From contig NZ_QLIR01000034.1 of the NCBI RefSeq assembly GCF_003428155.1, positions 1-6,209 on the forward strand: a stretch of DNA of 6,209 bases. The letters are read 5' to 3'. The notes beneath the pieces were generated by a model. It was not told where the DNA came from. It saw only the letters and a program-made list of their open reading frames with translations, and ran no database searches. Both the position numbers and the translations under genes were made by a program. Below are positions 1-6,209 of the stretch, piece by piece; positions within the stretch are counted from its first letter, which is position 1, and each line of letters begins with the position of its first letter. This DNA comes from Fastidiosibacter lacustris. GTDB taxonomy: Bacteria > Pseudomonadota > Gammaproteobacteria > Francisellales > Francisellaceae.

Positions 1-330
1 AATCTTTCAGCGGTACATATTGTCTCTCATGGTGATGTCGGCAAGCTGTATTTAGGTAATGAAGCGCTTTCTTTAGACAATATTGGCGATTATGCGGCAA
101 GTTTGGCACAGTGGGGAAAAGCATTAAGTAACACAGGGGATATTTTATTCTATGGCTGTAACGTTGCCGAAGGGCAACAAGGTCAAGCGTTTGTGGAAGC
201 ATTAAGGTCATATACAGATGCTGATATTGCGGCATCTATTGATACGACAGCAAGTCAAGATAATGGAGGGGATAGCATACTGGAATATGGACAAGCAATA
301 GACAATAGTGAGATTCTTCATTTTGAGGGT
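1..330 (+). other. DUF4347-like N-terminal domain (5' part outside the window)
   Basis: Translation AVHIVSHGDVGKLYLGNEALSLDNIGDYAASLAQWGKALSNTGDILFYGCNVAEGQQGQAFVEALRSYTDADIAASIDTTA matches the remembered DUF4347 pattern (hhIVSHG...GDhLhYGCNVA...G..F...L...T.ADhAAS). This domain is often near the N-terminus of giant repeat adhesins. Confidence 0.85.
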
Positions 331-3300
331 TATGCTCATCGGTTAGATAACCCAGCGATTGTAGTTGGAGCAACTCACGTTAATATCAGTCAATTGGGTG
401 TCGATATTATTGGCGAGACGGATGGGCATCAGACAGGTTGGTCAGTGTCCTTAAGTGCCGATGGTATGACAATGGCAATTGGAGCACGCCAGGGTGAAGA
501 TGTAAGGATCTATAGTTGGAGCGGCAATGGCTGGGTACAGAAAGGAGGGGATATTGACGGCGAGGCAGCAGGGGATTATTTTGGTTATTCGGTGTCCTTA
601 AGTGCCGATGGTAATACTGTGGCAATTGGTGCGATACGTAATGATGGTAGTGGTACTGATTCTGGTCATGTGCGGGTTTATAGCTGGAATGGTACTACTT
701 GGGTACAGAAGGGAGGGGAGATTGATGGTGAGATAGCGGGGGATAACTTTGGTCATTCAGTGAGCTTAAGTGCTGATGGTTTGACAGTAGCGATTGGTGC
801 GATTAATAATGATGGAGGGGCAAGTAGTACCGATAATAGAGGTCATGTGCGGATTTATAGTTGGAATGGCACAAGTTGGGAACAAAAGGGGCTTGATATT
901 GATGGTGAAGCAGCAGGCGGTAATTCTGGTCATTCAGTGAGCTTAAGTGCCGATGGTAACACCGTGGCAATTAGTGCGCCTTATAATGATGGCACGACAG
1001 GAAACACGAGTGACAACAGAGGTCATGTGCGGATTTATAGTTGGAATGGCACAAGTTGGGAACAAAAGGGGCTTGATATTGATGGTGAAGGTGGTAGTTC
1101 AATGGGTGATCAATCTGGTTGGTCAGTCTCTTTAAGTGCCGATGGCAATACGGTGGCGATTGGTGCGCCTTTTCATGATGGCAGTAACATTGGTGATTCC
1201 GGAACGGTACGGATATATAAGTGGAATGGCAGTGCCTGGGTAAATAAGGGTTCGGATATTGATGGTAGTGAAGGGTCAAGTGATTACTCTGGTTGGTCAG
1301 TGAGCTTAAGTGCCGATGGCAATACCGTGGCAATTGGTGCACCTAATAATGATGGAGGGGCAAGTGTTACTGATAATAGAGGTAGTGTGCGGATCTATAA
1401 ATGGAATGGCAATAACTGGGTGAAGTATGGATCAGATATTGATGGTAAGTTCACGAATGCTCAGTCGGGCTATTCCGTGAGCTTAAGTGCCGATGGCAGT
1501 AAAGTAGCACTTGGAGGACCTGCTTACAGTATATCCAGGGGTATTGTTTCGGTATACAGTGTGGTTCCGCGCTATACCGTCAATGAAGATACTACACTTG
1601 CGATGAATGATATTTCGCTAAATGATATTGATGGTAATTTGTCAACTGCACGTTTACAAGTCACTAACGGAGTGTTGAATGTGACGTTATCAGGAGCGGC
1701 GGTGGTGAGCCTTGGCGCCAATGGTAGCAATGATTTAACGATAAGCGGCACGCAAGCGGAAATCAATGCAACGCTTGCGAGTTTAAGTTATCAAGGTAAT
1801 CTTAACTTTAACGGTAGTGATACCTTGACACTCACCGCAACCGACAGTGGTAGTTCAAGTGCTGTGCAGTTAATTGCGATTAATGTCAATGCTGCCAATG
1901 ATGCGCCAACCGCGATGGATAATACGGTGGTGATAAATGAAGATAGCATCTATGTTTTTACGGCGAATGATTTTAACTTTGCTGATTTGGATGGTAACAC
2001 ACTTGCCAGTGTTAAAATCACTACTCTGCCAATGGTAGGCAGTTTGAGACTAAATGGTGTAGCAGTAACTTTGAATCAAGTGATCACTAAAGCGAATATT
2101 GATGCGGGTTTATTGACTTTTACCCCTGCCAATAATGGCAATGGTAGTAATTATGCCAGTTTTGGCTTTAAGGTAAATGATGGTGCGATTGATTCTGTGT
2201 CCACCTATACGATGAGTATTGATGTCACTCCCGTGAATGACGCGCCAGAAGTATTACTAGGCGGAGCTGCCTTTACTACAAGTAAATTAGGTGCGGATAT
2301 TGATGGTGAAGCGACAGGTGATCAATCTGGTAGTTCTGTGTCATTAAGTGCCGATGGTATGACAATGGCAATTGGTGCACGTAATAACGACGGCAATGGT
2401 GGTGATTCTGGTCATGTAAGAATATATAGCTGGAATACCTTAACTTTAGCTTGGGTTCAAAAGGGTGCTGATATTAATGGCGAGGTGGCTGGGGATAATT
2501 TTGGATTGTCAGTCTCTTTAAGTGCAGATGGTAATACGATAGCGATTGGTGCTAATGCTAATGACGGCAATGGCAGTAATTCAGGTCATGTAAGAATCTA
2601 TAGCTGGAATGGTGCGAATTGGGTACCAAAAGGCGGCGACATTGATGGTGAGGCAGCAAATAATTACTCTGGAGAGTCAGTTTCGTTAAGTGCCGATGGT
2701 AACACTGTGGCAATTGGTGCGCCTTATAATGATAATGCCAATGGCATTGATGCGGGTCATGTACGAATCTATAGCTGGAATGGTGCGAATTGGGTACCAA
2801 AAGGCGGCGACATTGATGGTGAGGCAGCAAATAATTACTCTGGATCGTCAGTATCTTTAAGCGCCGATGGCAATACCGTGGCAATTGGTGCGTCTTATAA
2901 TGATGGCACGACAGGAAACGCAAGTGACGATAGAGGTCATGTACAGATCTACAGTTGGAATAGTGTGACGTCAACCTGGGATAAATTTGGGCAAGACATC
3001 GATGGTGAGGCGCCAGGTGATAGATCTGGTTTTTCAGTATCGTTAAGTGCTGATGGTTTGACAGTAGCAATTGGTGCGTATAATAATGATGGCACGACTG
3101 GAAACATTACAGACAATAGAGGTCATGTACGGATCTACAGCTGGAATAGTGTGACGTCCACCTGGGATAAATTGGGGCAAGACATCGATGGTGAGGCGGT
3201 AGGAGATTTTTCTGGCTGGTCAGTGAGCTTAAGTGCCGATGGCAATACCGTGGCAATTGGTGCGTATAACAACGATGGCACAAGCGGATCATCCGGTGAT

Positions 3301-6207
3301 AATAGAGGTCATACACGGATATATAAATGGAATGGTACAAACTGGGTAAAGTATGGAGCAGATATTGATGGTGAGGCGGCAGGGGATTTTTCTGGATCGT
3401 CAGTATCGTTAAGTGCTGATGGTAATATGATAGCAATAAGTGCGACTCAAAATGATGGTTCGGGAGGCAGCACAGATAATAGGGGTCATGTGCGAGTATA
3501 TAGTTTAATTCCACGCTATACAGTGAATGAAGATACAGCCCTTGCGATCAATAATATTTCGATTAATGATGTGGATGGTAATTTGTCAACTGCACGTTTA
3601 CAAGTCACTAACGGAGTGTTGAATGTGACGTTATCAGGAGCGGCGGTGGTGAGCCTTGGCGCCAATGGTAGCAATGATTTAACGATAAGCGGCACGCAAG
3701 CGGAAATCAATGCAACGCTTGCGAGTTTAAGTTATCAAGGTAATCTTAACTTTAACGGTAGTGATACCTTGACACTCACCGCAACCGACAGTGGTAGTTC
3801 AAGTGCTGTGCAGTTAATTGCGATTAATGTCAATGCTATCAATGATGCCCCGATATTGACAGCGCCAGTGACTAATATAGTTCTTGAAGAAGGGCATGAT
3901 TTAACTTTTAATGGCGCCAACCTGATTAGCGTATCCGATGTCGATGCAACGCAACTTACAATAAACTTTTTGGTCAACGATGGAATTTTAATCCTTCCTT
4001 CTGTTAGCGGCTTAACTTTCTTAAACGGTACAACGAATAACAGTGCAAACATTCAGTTCAGTGGAACGTTATCTGCCATTAGTGATGCCTTAACGGGCAT
4101 GATTTATCGCCCTAACGCCAATTTTACTGGTAGCGTGACGTTAATGATTGTCGTTTCTGATATGGGACAAACGGGCACAGGCGGAACACAATTGGCAAAT
4201 AAGAATGTATCCATAGACGTTATGGGGTTTAACCAACCGTTTATTGGGCTTACGGGTGCACTTTTTGATATTCGTCAACTGGGTACGGATATTGATGGTG
4301 AGGCAATAGGGGAACAGTTAGGTCATTCCGTAAGCTTAAGTGCGGATGGCAATACATTAGCCGTTGGAACAGTTATGTATAATGGTCTTCAAGGGCAAGT
4401 TAGAGTATATAGTTGGAATGCTAGCATATTAACTTGGGAACAAAAGGGTTTAGATATTGACGGTGAAGCGACAGGAGATCAATCTGGCTCTTCCGTGTCG
4501 TTAAGTGCGGATGGTAATACGGTAGCAATAGGTGGGCCTTATAATGATGGCAATGATTTTGGGCATGTGCGGATTTATAACTGGACGGGTGCTGTTTGGG
4601 AGCAAAAGGGGTTAGATATTAATGGTGATGGAGTAGAGGATCACTTTGGCTGGTCAGTATCGTTAAGTGCCGATGGCAATACGGTAGCAATAGCTACGCC
4701 TCATGATGATAACGCCAATGGCAATGATGCGGGGCATGTAAGGATATATAGTTGGAATACCGCAACGTCGACTTGGGAGCAGAAGGGAGGGGATATTGAT
4801 GGTGAGTCAGCTTTTGATTGGTCAGGTTATTCTGTGTCGTTAAGTGCGGATGGTAATACGGTAGCAATAGGTGCGCCTTATAATGATGGCAATGATTTTG
4901 GGCATGTGCGGATTTATAACTGGACGGGTGCTGTTTGGGAGCAAAAGGGGTTAGATATTAATGGTGATGGAGTAGAGGATCACTTTGGCTGGTCAGTATC
5001 GTTAAGTGCCGATGGCAATACGGTAGCAATAGCTACGCCTCATGATGATAACGCCAATGGCAATGATGCGGGGCATGTGCGGATATATAAATGGAATGGC
5101 AGCGTCTGGGTACAAAAGGGAGGGGATATTGATGGTGAGTCAATTGTCGATTTTTCAGGTTATTCTATGTCGTTAAGTGCGGATGGCAATACAGTAGCAA
5201 TTAGTGCACCTTTTGCTGGTAGTAATGATGTTGGTCAGGTTAGGATATATAAATGGAATGGCAGTAGTTGGGTAAAATATGGAATGGATATTGATGGTGA
5301 AAATTCATCTGATAACTCTGGATTTTCAGTGGCTTTAAGTGCCGACGGTAGCACCGTGGCAATTAGTTCACGGAACAATGATGGTGCTGGTAGCGATGCA
5401 GGTCATGTAAGAGTATATAGACTGATTCCGTTGTATGAAGTCAATGAAGATGCGCCACTTACCATCAATGGACTGTCTGTCAGTGATGTGGATGGTAATT
5501 TAGAAAGTGCTCGTTTACAAGTCACTAATGGAAGGTTAAATATTACGTTATCAGGCGCTACGGTAATCAGTGCCGGTAGCAATGGCAGCAGTGATTTGAC
5601 GCTAACGGGTACGCAAACGGATATCAATGCTACACTTGCAAGTTTGATTTATCAGGGCAATCTTAACTTCAATGGCAGTGATACGTTGACGGTGACAGCA
5701 ACAGATGATATGGCGTTCACCAGGACTCAGAGTATCGATATCACAATTCATGAGGTAGCGGATTTACCAACAGGTACAAACAAAACGATTACAATCGATG
5801 AAGATAACACTTATGTATTGAGCGTTGCTGATTTTGGCTATAGTGATCCAGAAAACGACGCATTTACTGAAGTGAGAATTACAATACTTGAGAGCGCTGG
5901 GGCTTTGAAATTCAATGGCGTAGATGTAACCCTTAATCAGCTGATCACGAAGGCAGATATTGAGAATGGTTTATTAACTTTTACCCCTGCCAATAATGGC
6001 AATGGAGTGAGTTATGCAAGTTTTAATTTTAGAGTGAGAAACGCGCTAGAAGAAGCGGCAACAGGTGCAACGATAACCTTTGATGTCACTCCCGTGAATG
6101 ACGCACCAAGTATCAGTGGTTTAACCACTTCATCACCTTATACAGAAAGTGCGGCAGATGATAGCATAAGTCCGATCAAATTGGTGTTAGATCCGAGTCT
6201 TTTCTTG
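1..6207 (+). CDS. Internal fragment of a giant repetitive surface/secreted adhesin-like protein (DUF4347-like domain, FG-GAP-like propeller blocks, cadherin/Ig-like modules); start and stop both outside the window
   Basis: Frame +1 translates as one continuous protein from NLSAVHIVSHGDVGKLYLGN to ...ISPIKLVLDPSLFLG with no stop codon. Repeat units differ in length only by multiples of 3 nt. Recurrent motifs are SVSLSADGNTVAIGA, GHVRIYSWNG and VTPVNDAP. Confidence 0.97.
391..1560 (+). other. FG-GAP-like repeat block P1, seven units, predicted 7-bladed beta-propeller
   Basis: Units counted from the D/E of the DIDGE-like motif start at 403, 550, 718, 895, 1075, 1255 and 1435. Each carries xSVSLSADGxxVAxGx...VRhYxW. 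First and last units are the most degenerate (DIIGETDGHQTGWSVSLSADGMTMAIGARQGEDVRIYSW; DIDGKFTNAQSGYSVSLSADGSKVALGGPAYSISRGIVSVYS). Confidence 0.85.
838..1090 (+). repeat. Pair of identical ~73 nt blocks one blade apart (838-910 and 1018-1090)
   Basis: agaggtcatgtgcggatttatagttggaatggcacaagttgggaacaaaaggggcttgatattgatggtgaag occurs twice at an offset of 180 nt. Confidence 0.88.
1576..1908 (+). other. Cadherin/Ig-like module X1
   Basis: TVNEDTTLAMNDISLNDIDGNLSTARLQVTNGVLNVTLSGAAVVSLGANGSNDLTISGTQAEINATLASLSYQGNLNFNGSDTLTLTATDSGSSSAVQLIAINVNAANDAP, a typical tandem beta-sandwich module of bacterial giant adhesins ending in NDAP. Confidence 0.8.
1630..1893 (+). repeat. Long direct repeat, copy 1 (pairs with 3574-3837)
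   Basis: gatggtaatttgtcaactgcacg ... gcgattaatgtcaatgct, 264 nt, identical by eye to 3574-3837 at a constant offset of 1944 nt. Mismatches flank both ends. Confidence 0.93.
1909..2250 (+). other. Cadherin-like module Y1
   Basis: TAMDNTVVINEDSIYVFTANDFNFADLDGNTLASVKITTLPMVGSLRLNGVAVTLNQVITKANIDAGLLTFTPANNGNGSNYASFGFKVNDG...IDVTPVNDAPE. Ends in the common VNDAP linker motif and is similar to Y2. Confidence 0.8.
2287..3504 (+). other. FG-GAP-like repeat block P2, seven units, predicted 7-bladed beta-propeller
   Basis: Unit starts (D of DIDGE/DINGE) at 2296, 2470, 2638, 2809, 2995, 3181 and 3361. Example unit: DIDGEAAGDFSGSSVSLSADGNMIAISATQNDGSGGSTDNRGHVRVYS. Confidence 0.85.
2594..2844 (+). 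repeat. Pair of identical ~80 nt blocks one blade apart (2594-2673 and 2765-2844)
   Basis: gaatctatagctggaatggtgcgaattgggtaccaaaaggcggcgacattgatggtgaggcagcaaataattactctgga occurs twice at an offset of 171 nt. Confidence 0.88.
3520..3852 (+). other. Cadherin/Ig-like module X2
   Basis: TVNEDTALAINNISINDVDGNLSTARLQVTNGVLNVTLSGAAVVSLG...; nearly the same protein as X1, and nt-identical over 264 bp. Confidence 0.8.
3574..3837 (+). repeat. Long direct repeat, copy 2 (pairs with 1630-1893)
   Basis: Same 264 nt sequence as 1630-1893. Confidence 0.93.
3853..4239 (+). other. Cadherin/Ig-like module Z, different from Y1/Y2
   Basis: ILTAPVTNIVLEEGHDLTFNGANLISVSDVDATQLTINFLVNDGILILPSVSGLTFLNGTTNNSANIQFSGTLSAISDALTGMIYRPNANFTGSVTLMIVVSDMGQTGTGG resembles common giant-adhesin tandem modules (FNGANLISVSDVD... 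FSGTL..I..AL.G..Y.PNANFTG...L...VSD.G.TGTGG). Confidence 0.75.
4495..4739 (+). repeat. Direct repeat, copy 1 (pairs with 4834-5078)
   Basis: gtgtcgttaagtgcggatggtaatacggtagcaataggtg[g/c]gccttataatgatggcaatgattttgggcatgtg...; 245 nt with one mismatch seen (4535 G vs 4874 C, Gly vs Ala). Offset is 339 nt = 113 codons, two blade units. Confidence 0.92.
4834..5078 (+). repeat. Direct repeat, copy 2 (pairs with 4495-4739)
   Basis: As for copy 1, encoding SLSADGNTVAIGAPYNDGNDFGHVRIYNWTGAVWEQKGLDINGDGVEDHFGWSVSLSADGNTVAIATPHDDNANGNDAGH. Confidence 0.92.
5437..5769 (+). other. Cadherin/Ig-like module X3, diverged copy of X1/X2
   Basis: EVNEDAPLTINGLSVSDVDGNLESARLQVTNGRLNITLSGATVISAGSNGSSDLTLTGTQTDINATLASLIYQGNLNFNGSDTLTVTATDDMAF... 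aligns without gaps to the X1/X2 core. Confidence 0.8.
5770..6108 (+). other. Cadherin-like module Y2
   Basis: TGTNKTITIDEDNTYVLSVADFGYSDPENDAFTEVRITILESAGALKFNGVDVTLNQLITKADIENGLLTFTPANNGNGVSYASFNFRVRNALEEAATGATITFDVTPVNDAP; shares VTLNQ.ITKA.I..GLLTFTPANNGNG..YASF.F.V and DVTPVNDAP with Y1. Confidence 0.8.
6109..6207 (+). other. Start of another beta-sandwich-type module, truncated by the window end
   Basis: SISGLTTSSPYTESAADDSISPIKLVLDPSLFLG follows the VNDAP linker and resembles the ...YTE.... opening of further adhesin modules. Confidence 0.45.
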
Positions 6208-6209
6208 GA

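Larger units (their letters stand above)
4276..5421 (+). other. FG-GAP-like repeat block P3, seven units, predicted 7-bladed beta-propeller
   Basis: Unit starts at 4288, 4453, 4615, 4792, 4954, 5125 and 5287. Example unit: DINGDGVEDHFGWSVSLSADGNTVAIATPHDDNANGNDAGHVRIY. Confidence 0.85.

Noticed and set aside
947-1135. Plus-strand ORF 947-1135 (MPMVTPWQLVRL...)
   Set aside because: It is in another frame inside propeller block P1; the frame +1 reading carries the conserved blade motifs.
407-3710. Minus-strand ORFs from the track (407-625, 971-1342, 1572-1766, 2558-3070, 3107-3514, 3516-3710), with repetitive peptides such as CHRHLSSLTNQ
   Set aside because: They are the reverse complement of the repeated blade and X-module DNA. 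The H/R/L/Y-rich tandem pattern mirrors the SLSADG core read backwards. The near-identical antisense peptides at 1572-1766 and 3516-3710 follow from the X1/X2 duplication. None has domain character, and the sense frame fully explains the region.
391-5421. Possible CRISPR array or intergenic repeat array, given regularly spaced ~20 nt words such as ttaagtgccgatggcaatac
   Set aside because: Spacing is codon-phased (multiples of 3), the intervening DNA is conserved coding sequence rather than unique spacers, and the frame stays open throughout.
391-5421. WD40, RTX or VCBS identity for the ~58 aa repeats
   Set aside because: No GH...WD dipeptide pattern, no GGxGxDxLx nonapeptides, and the FG/SG-x-SV...IGAP...G(H)VRIY pattern fits an FG-GAP-type blade better. 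This is motif reasoning, so a profile search is still needed.
3735-5627. Minus-strand ORFs 3735-4052 and 5403-5627
   Set aside because: Antisense to modules X2/Z and X3, whose sense translations are clear beta-sandwich modules. The 5403-5627 product resembles the antisense peptides at X1 and X2 only because the modules are homologous.
1-6209. Phage defence system, toxin-immunity pair, diversity-generating retroelement or mobile element
   Set aside because: Only one structural repeat protein is visible. There are no reverse transcriptase, nuclease, transposase, terminal inverted repeats or second gene. Identity tracts show no adenine-biased substitution pattern typical of a DGR.

Overview
The whole window lies inside one open reading frame, + strand frame 1. 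It runs nt 1-6207 (2069 codons) with no in-frame stop in my hand translation, and neither the true start nor the true stop is inside the window. The supplied ORF track does not list this frame. It lists only short out-of-frame or antisense ORFs, which look like by-products of the repeats. The encoded fragment looks like part of a giant, Cys-poor, secreted or cell-surface adhesin-like protein. Its order is: an N-terminal DUF4347-like domain (IVSHG...GDILFYGCNVA); seven FG-GAP-like repeats (P1); two cadherin/Ig-like modules (X1, Y1); seven FG-GAP-like repeats (P2); two cadherin/Ig-like modules (X2, Z); seven FG-GAP-like repeats (P3); modules X3 and Y2; and the start of another module. The main observation is that all three repeat blocks contain exactly seven ~54-62 aa units, which suggests three tandem 7-bladed beta-propellers within a ~1.9-2.0 kb super-repeat. 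Two long near-identical DNA duplications point to recent recombination or gene conversion: 264 bp with no mismatch seen, and 245 bp with one mismatch. I see no RNA genes, CRISPR arrays, mobile elements or intergenic regulatory regions. Family assignments come from motif recognition, not a database search.
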